A stretch of DNA of 64,000 bases from NCBI GenBank assembly GCA_036172245.1, contig JAYWIR010000010.1, forward strand, positions 4,278,001-4,342,000. Direction: 5' to 3'. Positions 49,804-62,093 of the stretch are shown here, piece by piece (within the stretch, counting starts at the first letter, position 1; each line of letters starts with the position of its first letter). The notes beneath the pieces are model-generated. The model ran no database searches, had not been told where the DNA came from, and worked only from the letters and a program-made list of their open reading frames with translations. The position numbers and the translations under genes were made by a program. This DNA comes from Raillietiella orientalis (Eukaryota).

Positions 49804-52074
49804 CAAATGCCGCTGCCAAAGGCACACGGTATCGACAGAAGCGGCCGGAGGGTACGCCGGGTGCCTTGGCGGTCGCAGTCGACCTCCACAAGGCGTTCGA
49901 TTGCGTGAACCAAGGACTCCTATTGGAGTTCTTGGAACGCCTGGGTCTCCCGGCGCAACTCCTGAAGTACTTGCGCGCATGCTGGCGCCACGCACTAACT
50001 TGCATTTGTTTCAGCGGCTGCCACGTGTACGGTATTCCCGTGCGCATGGGCATCAGGCAGGGTGACAGTTTAAGCCCGTTGCTCTTCAGCATCTTCTTTG
50101 AGTTGGTGCTGAGGGCGTACAGGCTGACGCTGGAATACCTGCCTAGCTCTTGCCCGGGAACGCCTGCAGTGGCCGCCTATGCAGATGACCTGCTCCTTCT
50201 GCTCCCCATGTCCACCCCCGCGTCCAGTGTCGAAGATTTCCTCGAACTGGTTCGACGGGGAGCAGGCGTGAGGGTGAACAGGAAAAAGAGCGTGGTCGTT
50301 CCTGTAGGAGCGTCGTGGGAGGGGCAGTCCAACTGGATCCGCCTGAGGATCCCCACGGCAGGGTACTTCAAGTACCGCGTTCCGTTGGGCGACCTCGGCG
50401 CTGCCGAGGCGTGGTCGGACTGCCTTCATAAGGCAGAGTTGGCTGCCAGCCCGTTTATTAACGGCAAGTTTACCTTGCCGGAACGGGCGGCTATTTGGAA
50501 CACCTTCGTGGCCCCCCTCCTCCAACCCCTCTTTTTTGTCTTGGACCCCCCCTACGCGGCCAGAGAGCGGGAAAAACGCCTGCTAAGGAACGCTCTATGG
50601 GGTCCGGCGCGATCCAGAATCCGTCTGAAAGACCTCACTGCTCCACGTCGGGATGCTGGGCTTGGCATTCTTACGATGGAGAGAATCGGACTGCAAGTGC
50701 AGTTCCGGATGCTCGCACTGTGTGCCAAGCTATAGACTTCCCCCCTGTGTGCGCCTGCGCGCATCCTCCTAAGGAGGTGTGCAGGCAGTGAAGGACTTCT
50801 TTCCTTGGTGCCTGGCTTGCGCCACAGGAAACAGGGATTTGGCTATCCGTTGAGGAAAATCGCCACCCTATTGGAAGCCAATACGTGGATTTCCTGCTGC
50901 CCTACAATGCTTGGCGGCAGGAATCCATTGATTCTTGGGCTGCATTCTTAGGAATGAGCCGTGAAGATCTTCGCCCCCTGCATCGATTCCAACCTTGGTC
51001 ACTCCAAGATGTCATGCAGGACGAGGTGAAGTTTTCATCCTTGGCAGCCACGCCTCTTGCCGAAGCACTGTCTGCCCTCGAGGTTCGAAATGACAGTAGC
51101 CAGCCGGCAAGGTGGGAGTTCTCCTGCACCATTGCAGGAAGAACGAAACTACTTGGCCAATGGGCCACGAGCGAGCTTGCGGATGCCGCTACTTTTCGTG
51201 CTACACCAAAGGGGTTACTCCGGTGGGGAGAAGCTCTTGGTGTTTCCCCCGAGAAACTTATAATCCCTCCCTGGTGTTTGGACGGTTCGGTGTTTCCCCT
51301 TGCATGGAAGCAAGACGTCTTGCTCTTCTTGCACTGAGGCTTGTGCTACAACGAGCGGCGCCACCGAGTTTCCGGTGGGGTGGCTTCTCCCTACTGTGCC
51401 CGGTGCAGGGCGACGGAGTCGTTCCCGCACCTTGTTATGGACTGCGGTGCCCTCCAGGAACTTTGGCGGAGATTAGCAGCAGCTCTCCTGCCAACGGGGG
51501 ACACCGCCCAAGAAGTTCTGCGACGGTTCTTCCAACCACGAGGACTTTCGACGGCTGAGATGTTGGTTGCATCCGCGCAATCGTCACGGTCCGAGACGTG
51601 CTGGAGAACACTGGTCAGCAATGTTGTGTCACCAGGAAGGCTGCCGACTTCATCAGGGCTGCAGCTGGGTGGCGACACTTGAGTGAAGACGCAACGGAGG
51701 AGCTAACTGGCATCCATCGCCGGATGCGCAACGGTTCCGAACGACGAACCCCGTGATCCACCTCCATTCCCTTTAAACTGTATTTTTGTTGTCGCGTCCC
51801 TCCTCCCATTCGCTCCGTAGTGCTTTGGTGCTTCCACTCTGTTTTTCCCGGTGACTGCGGAGCGTCACCAAAGTTCCCTAGCCCATTCCGCCCATTTAGA
51901 CTTTTCTTTTTTGTTTGTAGTCCCCTCCTCCCCCATTCGTTCAGGTCCTTCCTTTTACCTGGCCTGCGTGCCAGTGGTGAATCTCCGTTGTTAGTTTTTG
52001 TAGCCGTTGGCTGGAAACAATTGCTTCCAGCTAGTTTTTATCAATAAACGTCCCGGCGTGACCGGGTAAGAAAA
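49804..52074 (+). mobile_element. LINE-B copy (B8): RT core to 3' end
   Basis: VDLHKAFD, GIRQGDSLSPLLF, YADD, VNRKKS, APRRDAGLG, YCARCRATESFPHLVMDC. 15-bp TSD ATTTTCATCCCG(T/C)GA at 49789-49803 and 52075-52089. AATAAA at 52043-52048. Confidence 0.95.
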
Positions 52075-52147
52075 ATTTTCATCCCGCGAGATGGCGTTTG
52101 CTCAGCGAATTTCGGAAAGTCTTTCATTTTTTTATTTTATTTTAAAA

Positions 52148-53207
52148 GGCCAGTAGCGACCCCCACGAGGAGACAGTTACTATTGGCCTAGGACGATGGA
52201 AATCCTTGGGTTCTTCTTTTTTCTTCTGTATGCTGTTTTCCTTTCAGCTTTTTTTTTTTTTTAAGATTTTTCTTTTTTTGGTTCGCTAAGTACCTCAGAG
52301 CCGGTCGCGTGCCTCGCAGCGCACGTGGCTCTTTTTAAACACACTGTTTTGTTTCCACGCCCCTCCGCCCGCGGCAACCTGCAGGGGGGCGTGTAATTCT
52401 TCAGGATAGGGGGCACCCCGGAATGGGGGTCCGCCCTATGAATCCAGGAAGGGCTCGGAGTCCGTTCCTCTCACGCTTGGGGAGGGGGTCTCCTCTGGAT
52501 GGGGGGGATCGCACCTCCCACCCTGGTTGTCACCGAAAGGGAAACCCGAAGGGAATCTCCTTCCTCATTCTCTCCGGAGGGATACCCCCTCTCTAATGGG
52601 AAGGGGCTGTCCTCTCCATTTCAACTTCTCCGAAGGGAACCCGGAAAGGATCCGCTTGTAGGAATTTCTTCTCCGGTGGGAACCCGCAAGGGAACCGCTC
52701 CTGTTCACTCCTCTGAAGAGAACCCCAAAGGGACGCTCCCGAAACTCAGAAGGGGCGCTGCAGCTTCCCGCAGGGAATCTCTCTCGCTTGCTTCCTTGCA
52801 CTCTGTGAAGAGGCGACGACTCGGAGGGTCCCCCCCTCACAGGGGGGTCCACTCCTTTAAACAACTGGAGAGGTGCCCGTGAGGGCTCTTGCTCCATCTT
52901 GAAACCGGTGAGGTCACCCAGTGGGGGGGTCCGCTCTCCGTTGCACGACAGGAGGGGGAACTCCCCACTCCTTTATTCCTGGGATGACCCGAAGGTCAAT
53001 TTCCCATTGTTCCGGCCTTCATCGGGGACCTCCGGTTTTAACCGCTACCGGTGCCACGTCCGAATGTCTCGGCCAACCAGCGCCATCTTGCAGGAGAAAC
53101 TCGGAACCCGACGACGCAGTGGCGTCAGAGTTTCTGCCGGAGTATTCGAACCCGCGACTCATGGTGCCTCACACGGAAGCCTTAACCACAAGGCCTCCGA
53201 CGCGGGC
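52148..53207 (-). mobile_element. tRNA-headed hairpin-array element, longest copy
   Basis: Head GCCCGCGTCGGAGGCCTTGTGGTTAAGG, B-box 53142-53152, CAAGATGGCG 53081-53090, array 52440-53000. First sense-strand TTTT at 52144-52147. Confidence 0.88.
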
Positions 53208-53211
53208 TTTT

Positions 53212-53333
53212 AAGCGTTCACAGCACCCGGGGTTCCCAGGCGGTCGCCCATCCGAGTATTGACCGGGCCCGACGCTGCTTAACTTCGCCGATCAAACGAG
53301 AGACGGTGCTTTCAGCGTGGTGTGGCCGTGAAC
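53212..53333 (-). rRNA. 5S rRNA: 5S rRNA copy (solitary variant or pseudogene, possibly a SINE3-type head)
   Basis: GTTCACGGCCACACCACGCTGAAAGCACCG..GAAGTTAAGCAGCGTCGGGCC..TACTCGGATGGGCGACCGCCTGGGAACCCCGGGTGCTGTGAAC; ~120 nt, box A and C present, helix I fully paired, no oligo-T terminator. Confidence 0.93.
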
Positions 53334-53689
53334 AATAATATTATATTTTTCGAGAACCTGCCGTGGGACCTCGAAAACCTATAAAGACGTCAACCGTTCT
53401 AGAAGACCATAACTCAGCAGCGGAGAGAAAATATTGCACAAAAATCAAAAACCAGAACCTGAATCCACAACCATGAGGTTACATACTAAAATGAAACCAA
53501 TGGCAATTGTGGTATCGGATTTTTGATATTTTCTCCAATTTAGGAAAAACTGGATTACTCCACCACCCTATCGCAAACGAAAGCAACTCATCTTCCTTAA
53601 AGACCACTATCAGTCTTTGGTTCTTACTACCGAGGGCAGTGAAAATTAGAAGAATGTGTGTTCTTTGGAGAAGGTCAATGACAATAAAG

Positions 53690-55200
53690 TTTTTCACCCA
53701 GTCACGCCGAGGCGTTTATTTTATATAAAAAAAACCAGTTGCGAGCAAAGTTTCCAACCGACGACTACAAGGAACAAACAGGAAGGTCCACCGGCACACA
53801 GGTCGATGGACCTGCCGGAGAGTCCGGAACGAGGGAGGGACAAGAGGGCAACAAAAAAAAAAAACAAAATGTCTGGAAAGGGGCAGTAATCTTTGGTTTC
53901 GCTCCGTATGCAACTGGATAAAAACAAAAAGCACCAAAAAAGTTACGGAATGAAATAGGGGTATGGAATATGAAAAAAAAAAGAATAAAGGGAGGGAGGA
54001 GACAAGGATCACCCGATCTGCCATTCCAAACCGTCCATCAACCGGCGCTGGATGCCGGTGATCTCTTTCGCTTCCTCTTCCAGGTGAGGCCACATTGCAG
54101 CCGCACTGATGTAGGTAGCTGCCATCCTGGTGACCTCCCTTCGATGCGTAGTGATTTCCAACACCAGTCGGGCCCCAACGATGTCACGGATGCAACTCAT
54201 GGTTGCAGTAACGGCTCCCGTCGAGAGGCCTCTCGGCGCGAAGAATCGCCGCAGCACGTCTCGTGCGATGTCCTCCTGGTGCAGGAGTGCTGTTGCCAGC
54301 CTCCTCGACAGCTCTTGGAGGGCACCGCAGTCCAAGAGCAGATTCGGGAGCGATTACGTTACATCTCCGTCGACTTGCACCTGGCACAGTTCGGAGATTC
54401 AACTCCTCCGACAACTCGATGCCGTAGCTCCTGGAATGGAATCTCCAGTGGATGAAGAGCAGTACGGCCTGCTTCCAGGGGAGGGGCAACTACGAACCGT
54501 ACACACAATGGAGAGGGACCACAAGTTCTTCAGGAGCAACACTCCAAAGTTCTCTCCAAGTGCCTTCGCCACAGAACGCGGAGTGGTAGCATCCACCAGC
54601 TCACGCGTCCTCCAGGCACCCAGAAGTTTCGTTTTTCCCGCGATGGAGCAGGAAAACCTCCCACCTTACCGGGTGGCTACTGCCGTCTCCGGACCTGAAG
54701 GAAAACACCGCTGCGGCAAGGGGTTTGGCGGCCAGGGTTAAAGGCTTCACCGCATCCTGAATCACCATTTCCAGAGGTCGTGGCAACAGATGCCACAGGG
54801 GGTGAAGATATTGAGGGCACATTCCCTGGAATGTAACTCAGGATTCAGGTCTCCTAACTCCAGGAGTTAAAGTTCGTTGGAAGGCAAGAGATCCATGGAT
54901 GGGCTTCCACTAGAAAGGATGCAGGGGTTCGGCTATCCACTGAGGCAACTCGCCTCAGTGGATAGCCGAACCCCTGCATCCTGTAACGTGAGCTCGGCAG
55001 CAACGAGAGCATTCGAGTCCCTCGCTGCCAGCGCATCCCTGCAAAATGATGCGTGCAGGTGCACCACGGCAGGAAAGTCCACAACTGGGCACATTCGGAA
55101 CTGAAGTTGCATTCCGATTCGTTCCAGCGTCAGGATGTCGAAGCCAGCATCCCGAAGCAGAATTTCGGAAATCGATCGTTCCTGAGGGAGAGTTCCTTCA
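53690..55200 (-). mobile_element. 5'-truncated LINE-B copy (B9), tail-to-tail with B8
   Basis: RDAGFDILTLERIGMQLQFRM and DCGALQELSRRLATALL match B8. Terminal AATAAACGCCTCGGCGTGACTGGGTGAAAAA. Confidence 0.92.
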
Positions 55201-55498
55201 TGTTTTTCTCTGCGTTCCTCTTGCTTGCATTTGGCGGACGTTCCTGACCGTACGGAAGGAAACTGCAATACAGCCGTCATCCGCAGAGGCGAGAGTGCTT
55301 TGTGGCTCAGGAAACAAAATCGCAAGGTCACAAGGGTGTCCACGGCAGTGTTACTCTTAGCACGAGTAAGGAGACTCTGCTGCTCAGTTGAGCTCAGCTG
55401 TGCCAAACGCGTACAAAGCACTCAATGCTTCCACGTGGCTCGTCTATCGACTTGACAGCTTAAACCAATGCCAATTTAAACGGAAGTCGTTGTCTCGA

Positions 55499-57337
55499 TT
55501 CCACCTGGGGGCGCCGGGCATTTATTTCAAAAGCAAACATATCTCAAGAACTGTGGTTGGACCGGTTAGTCCAGCCACGCACAATTTATTGGAGACCTGC
55601 CGGGTCACCGGTTCGCAGACCGACGCGGTCCACCACAGTAGCAGAGGGAAGGGGACAAACAAAAAGAAAAAAAAAGAAACCAAAAATAAAAATAAATACA
55701 CTTTGGGGGTGCGGGAAGGGATCACTATCTGCTGGTCGCAGTCCGGTCCATCCTCTGTAGGATGTCGACAAGGTCTTGCTGCATGTTATTTTCCAGGTAG
55801 GGCCATCTCGCTGCTATCCTGATGAATTGGATGTGCGTCCGAAGTGAATGGCATCCCTATCGCTGGATCCTTCCGTTGCTTTGCTTCAAGTAGCGACGAT
55901 TCTGCATAGGCAGCAAAGGGCTGCCAGCGAGGCCGCTGGCCGGAGGGCGTCGCGAAACGAACGAAGAGAGATTTGATAGCGTCCCTGGAGTTGCCTCTGG
56001 GGACTGCCAGGGCCGCGGCAAAGCGTTCCCAGAGGGGAGCAGGGCAACACAGTCCACTAACAGGTGGGGTAAGGGTTCATGCATCCCGTACCTGACGCAG
56101 TTCGGGTCCACACATACCCACGTCCAGTGATGATAGCGGTTGTTTCACGGGAGTCCCCAGTGCAGCACCAACACCTGCCACTTCAGGAGGGTGCGAATGC
56201 CCATGAGCGCCGGTTGCCGCTTCAGGTGTTCCAACGGAATATCCAGTAGCTCGCCCCAGCTCAAGAGTTCTTAGGGGGGTGTACGCGGGGTCACAGCGTT
56301 GATGTCTTCCACTCGCTTAGTCCTTTTCCGGAGACGGTCACCTTAACTTCCCATTTAGCCGCGATGATGCAGCTCAGGTGTTCCCTGAGGAAGGGCAACG
56401 CTGCGGCGAGAGAAGCACTTCCTGCCCACGCGCTTTTTCCGGGATCCTCCAAGATCTCCTGGAGCGTGCAGCGGTTTTTGCTCTCGAACAGGAAGCAGTG
56501 CACCTGTTCCGTAGTCCTGGCTCCTCGCCCACGTGCGAACGGTTCCCTGTAGCCAGGCACTACCCTTCGCAGGACAACAGAAGATACATCTCGTGTTCTT
56601 CCTCGTCAGATTGTTCACCCGCCGAAGTTGCAATCCGCAGTGGCAGATGTGGCGGCGACGGAGTACAAGAAAGGATGCAAGTCCCGCGTCGCCGGTGGCT
56701 TGCTCGACAAGGGGCAGTGCAGGGTCGCACCAGGTGGTGCTCCACATCTTCGCCACGAGGGCAAGTGTCCTGAACTGGAGATGAAGCTTCGGCCGCTCCA
56801 GCCTCAGTAAGCTGAGACCGCCGTCCCGACGCGGAGCGCAAAGTCCTTCAAGAGGACTCGGGATCTCCCTTTGCCCCAAAGGGAGATCCTTAGGAGGTCT
56901 TTCGTCTGCTTATTTATCTTATAGGTTGGGGGGCAAAGAAAAAGCAAAGGGCAGAAGAGGGGGGGGGAGCACGAACGTGTTCTATACCGCCGCCCGCTCC
57001 GGCAGGTAAAACCTGCCTCCTAGGAACGGGCCGATCTCCATCTCTGCTTTCGGGAGGCAGCTGGAATACGCCTCCATAGGAAGACAGTCCCCCAGAGACA
57101 CACCGAGGTACCTAAAGTACCAAACCGTGGAGATCCCCAAGCGGATCCAGTCCTGCTGCCCTGCCCATGCCGCACCGACTGGCATCACGGAAGACTTCGT
57201 CCTGTTCACCCGAAGTCCTGTCTTGTGGCCGAGTAGTTCGAAGAAATCCTCGACTGCGGAAGCCGGGGTGGACATGAGGAACAGCAGTAGAAGGTCGTCT
57301 GCGTGCTCTCGGGAAGGCGTCCCGGGACTGTCGCACC
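55499..57337 (-). mobile_element. LINE-B copy (B10), from the YADD region to the 3' end
   Basis: HADDLLLLFLMSTPASAVEDF..FRYLGV. 16-bp TSD GAAGTCGTT(G/C)TCTCGA at 55483-55498 and 57338-57353. Confidence 0.95.
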
Positions 57338-57620
57338 GAAGTCGTTCTCTCGACGGGCTCGCGTGCTTCCTACGGACCAACATTGGGGACGCACCCCTAA
57401 TTCCTCTCCCCCCTTGCGTCACCCGCATTAACCAATGACCATGAGAGCTTGCCAGTCTGCGTCGTCACCCTTATTTTTATGAGAAGCTTCTCCCCGGCAC
57501 GGGGCCGCCGTGCGAGAGTTCCCGACCGCCACGGGCACGGAAATGCTGGATCGCGTCCTTCGAAAAGGAAGAGGCAGCGCTTCCCGCGGCTGCCGCACGC
57601 GAGTCGCTCCAAAGTCGAGG

Positions 57621-58480
57621 AGGTAAATCATAATTTATGACTCATGGAACTTGCTGCACATCGATCCCTCTCGCCAGAAGATCTGTGGCGATCAACGCAC
57701 GACTGGACCCGGTATGGAGAGCCAGAAGTTCTCTTTCCTTCTGCTCCGTTTCTCCATGCACAGCAGGAACGATGAAATCTTTCTCCTGCGTTCCTTTTGT
57801 GAGCCCATCTGCCTTCCGACGTGTGTCACGAAAAATAACAGCCCGTCTTATCGTAAGGGCTTCATGCAGAGTTTTCCTTTTCAGCCATCGACACACAACT
57901 GACGAACAGCATCCGATGGTGAGCTCTCTCTTTTCACGAGAATCCCAGCTGGATCACGCGTGAAGCTTCTTTTACCTCCTCAGGCATGGTGGCCGAGAGA
58001 GGAATCACCTGCTATGTAAACAGCGAAACGCATCGCACATTCGATCTTTAAAACCACGAGAGAACATTTCATCAGCTTCGCCCCTAAGCAAAGGTTTTCA
58101 TTTGGTCAACTCGCAGTGGACGTTCATCACGTCGAAGTCGAGGAGCAGCCACGACGACGCTTTCCCCGTCAGGCCGAGGCACCCCGAAGGTGCTTTTGGA
58201 CGAACCATCTGCGGAAGCGGAAGCACACGAAGCGAGCGGCCATCGTGAGCGCGCATATGCAGCCGTCCGGGAACACATCCGCATACATGCGTGTGTGTGT
58301 GTGTGTGTGTGTGTGTTCTTGCGGGGAGAGAAACCCATGCACGTACGCTTGCGTGCGCGCATGGGTTTTCGAATGGGAGTTTTTTCCCCATTTTATGACG
58401 TCTCCGACAAAGAGAGGCCCCACTGCAACTACAGAGCGAATGTCTTGAGGATGCAAAGACCAGCGCGTAGCAACTGTAAG
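57621..58480 (-). pseudogene. eIF4A: eIF4A DEAD-box helicase pseudogene fragment
   Basis: [73 protein letters not shown]; stops, frameshifts and deletions. The part above ~58170 (YALVFASSR) is weaker. Confidence 0.92.
58291..58316. repeat. (GT)n microsatellite
   Basis: Perfect GT run. Confidence 0.95.
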
Positions 58481-59507
58481 GGTAAGTAATTGCCAATTAT
58501 ATTTCAAGATAATGGTGAATACTCGGACTTCATCTCGCGTTGTCAGTCGGGAAGGGAATCCATTTGCACAAAACACACACACACACAATAAGCTATATAT
58601 TAGCTACATGGCTCTGAGTTTTAAAAGAACCAATCCATGCTGAAGAGGAAAGCAGTCTCAAAAGGAAGCAAACTCAGTAAGGGATAAACATCTGATGTAA
58701 TTGAGCACAACGCAGTTCCTCCATCAATTCTTTTTCATTTAATAACCTCCTTATTTAAATGTGAAAGATCTTTCGATGGGATGCGATTGGTTTTCCTCCT
58801 TCTTTCTGATGCAAATGTCGACGCAGAAGATCCATACCAACAGGGTGGTGCTTTCGTTTACTGCTGCGTTTTTCCCGTGCTTTCTGGAAGTGCTTCCGAG
58901 AGATTCTGCTTCTTTGCTTCGGTGATCCAGCTGCAAATAACGGTGAACGGACCTTTCATTTCAGAGGCAGGTACGTTGTCGGTGCCAACCTGAAGCACAG
59001 GCAATGATGTTCTTAAGGAGATGCTCCGACCAGGGCGTTTTTCAACGAAGGACGCCCTTACTCCCCCATAACACATCAGCTTACAGTGTTGTGTCCGTTA
59101 CCAAATAAGGGCTTCTGCTCCGTCCATTCGAAGAAAATGCTTCATATTTTCATCCCTGAAAAATTATCGCGCCCTCTGTGGACGGCTTTTCGAATCTTTG
59201 CAAGATACGCTCACGAGTTTCATGGGTGATTCAGATTGGTCAGCACACATGCCTGTCTTTGCGATTGAACCTGACCATTTGTCTCATCGCCATTTCATCC
59301 GTCTGCACCTTTTAAGAATAAATTTCCGACTTCGAACAGCCTATTCTTTATCTTTTGCTAATTTGTTCTTGTTCCACTTTCGGTAAGAAAGAATATGGGA
59401 CCACATCGACCAGCGTTTCAATCTAGTGCATAATGTAATATGCAATGAATAATCATGCGAGAAAATTGAGAATAAGGTAAAATAAAGGCTCGCCGTTCCA
59501 AGGCCAG

Positions 59508-59830
59508 ACGGGAAAGTGCCCTCGTACAACGAGGGGATGCGTTCCTTATTATACGAATCCGCGTTGTACGGGCCCTATGGCATAACACGATGGGTATCCA
59601 TAAACGATATAAAGTGTATCTTGAACGTCATGACATTAGAATGTCTATTATCATTTTAAGACGAAAAAAAATTAAAAGCGTTTCTTTGTTATTTAACTTG
59701 AAGTAAAACAAAAAAAGAAAGCGTTTAGAGGTTTGCTGGCATGTAATGAACGACTCCATCGTTTCAGCTGCGTCGTTTTCGTTGTTGAAAAACATATCTT
59801 ATTGAGCTGTTCTATCCAAAAAGGTTTAAG
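59508..59830. mobile_element. Old pogo/Tigger-like MITE end, copy 3
   Basis: CCCTCGTACAACGAGGGGATGCGTTCC..GATATAAAGT..TTTAAGACGAAA. Confidence 0.5.
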
Positions 59831-60139
59831 AGGAATAGACTCGTGGATCGTGTGTTCTTTTTGGAAAACACCTGAAAAGACTCTGCACCACAAAACAGAT
59901 TTTGTCACAGCGTCGCACGGGGTCTGCTGAGATGAAAAATGGATAAAGAATAGGGAGACGGGAGCGCTGGCTGATTACGCTGAGTCTTCTGCAGCCTGCT
60001 TGAGATGCAGGCGGTCGTTCTCCTTCGTTCCATCGTTCCGAGTGAGGTCATTTGTCCACCACTATCACTTTCGCCTTGGAGGAGGAACGCATGAGACCTC
60101 CTGTTGCTGTCGCTGGGCGGGCGGATGAGCGGGCCGAAC

Positions 60140-62093
60140 ACCCCATCCTCCCAAGGCTGCGCTGAATTGGGATTAGGGAAGGATGGTGGCAGATGAAAGA
60201 GTGCCGCGCGTGAGCTGGTGCCACAGCAGCTTCCCTAGTGTTGGACAAGGCGCTGCGGTCCCGGAGCGGGAGCAAAAGAGTTCCCGCTTCCCTGTGCCAG
60301 ACCTCATTCTGGACTGCCACTCTGGAAGTGCGCCCAGGGGAGCTTGGCCCGCTGTGGAAACTCCCTTGCAAACCGCCAGCAGATCTGCGGGAGTGGATGC
60401 AACGGTCTCGGATATAGCCGTCACATGCCTTGCCACAGCACTGTCTGCCCTCAGGGCAAACGATAATAGCATCCAATTGGCAGGGTAGGAGTTGTCCTGC
60501 ACCACTGCAGGAGTCGAGAAACTCCTCGACGGCTGCAAAACGAGCGAGCTGGTGAGCGCCGCCGCTCCTCGTTCTCGGTCAAAGGAACTCCTCCTTCGGT
60601 GGAGCGACCTGTCGGTGTGACCCCGAAGAACTTACGGTCCCTTCCCTGTGTGCGGACACCTCCGTGTTCCGCTGCGGGGAAACCACAGGATGTTCCGCCG
60701 TTTCTGCACTGAGGATTCTAGTGCAACTGGCGCAGGTGCCTAGCTTCCGGGAGAGTTGCCTCCCCGAACTGTTCCAGGTGCGGGGCGATAGAATCGTTCC
60801 CGCAGCTCCTGTTGAACTGCGGTTCCCTAAGGACATGTAGAGGACTCGCTGCGGCGGTCGGCCACCTGGCGGACCCCTTCCGACCTGTTGCGGCACTTCT
60901 TCATTCAAGGCGGTCTGAAGACGGGCTCTGTGATTTCACACCCGGGTATGCTGGGGCGTTTATTCTGTTACAGGAATCGATGGAGCCGATGGCCCATCAA
61001 ATCCCATTGTTATACTAGAAAGAAGGGGGCAGACGGAGAGGTCCATCACTTCCACAAAGGGGAAGGGGGAAGGGGAGAATGAAACAAAATATAAAATGAA
61101 AACAAACTATAACAAGCTTCCCCCCCCCCCCCAAAAAAAAAAAAAAAACAAAAAACAAAAAACAAAAATTAGTTGGGGGAAGGGAAGGGATCACATTTCG
61201 TGGTGGGTGAGACCTTTGCATCCGTTGAAGGATGCCGGCGAGCTCCTCCTCCTCGCTTTCCAGGTGGGGCCACCTTGAAGCCATCTGCAAGAAGCGGATG
61301 GCCTGCAGGGCAGTCCCCCCGTCGCTCCGGACTCTCTTGGCGTCTCACTTCTCCGCGACGGCACCGCGCACGCAGCACAGCTCTGCGATTGAGGCTGCGG
61401 GCGTCATAGCGTCCCGCACGAAGAGGGGCCTCAAGGAGTCTGTGGGATCGCCCACGGGGTGGGAAAGGGACGCAGAGAAACGTTCCCACAGTTCCCGGAG
61501 GGCGACACACTGCACTGTGAGGGGGGGAAAGTCTCCTTCTCTCCACACCTGGCGCAGTTCGGCGATGTGCTTTCCCTCGTCCAGTGGTGCCGGCGCGCAT
61601 TGCACGGAAGACCCCAGTGCAGTCTCAGCAACGCCGACTGCTGCCACTTGAGGGGAAGCAGTTTCCTGTCTGAGCTCGGTGATCGCAGCAATCTGTCGCA
61701 TCCGCTCCATGGTGACAGTTCGCCATGTGTTGGAGTTTCGTTTGCAGCGAAAGGAGGCCACCAGCAAGGCAGCCGCCTCCATGAGAACGGCTGCAAGGTG
61801 GTCCCATCTGCCAGAAGAAGCCATCGGTGAGATCGCCACCACACAGCCACTTCCAGAAAGGAATGAAGGAATGGAACCAAAGCCCCCTGTCCCTTCCATC
61901 TTTTTTATTTATTTATTGTGGTTCCTTCCTCCGTTCTTTACTTTTTTAGAAGTCTGTCTGCGTACCACTGGTCATCCCTAATGAACTCCTGTTTTTCTTT
62001 TTCTTTTGGCATCTCTTGTATTCAGAGGACGCCGTTTCCCTCTGATCTCTGTTTTTTTTTAAATAAACGTCCTAGCGTCACCGGGTACGAAAC
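60140..62093 (+). mobile_element. Old LINE-B copy (B11) split by B12
   Basis: LRHFFIQGGLKTGSV joined to IAAICRIRSMV..AARWSHLPEE aligns with B9. Terminal AATAAACGTCCTAGCGTCACCGGGTACGAAA. Confidence 0.85.
60935..61671 (-). mobile_element. 5'-truncated LINE-B copy (B12) nested in B11
   Basis: LHWGLPCNARRHHWT..CARCGEKETFP. 12-bp TSD G(G/A)GCTC(T/G)GTGAT at 60923-60934 and 61672-61683. Confidence 0.9.

Noticed and set aside
53212..53333. 5S-targeted (Mutsu-like) Tx1 insertion or a 5S rDNA array
   Set aside because: The 5S copy is uninterrupted and solitary; no LINE boundary lies within it.
58858..58900. ESTGKT as eIF4A motif I
   Set aside because: Flanking residues do not match eIF4A; probably chance.
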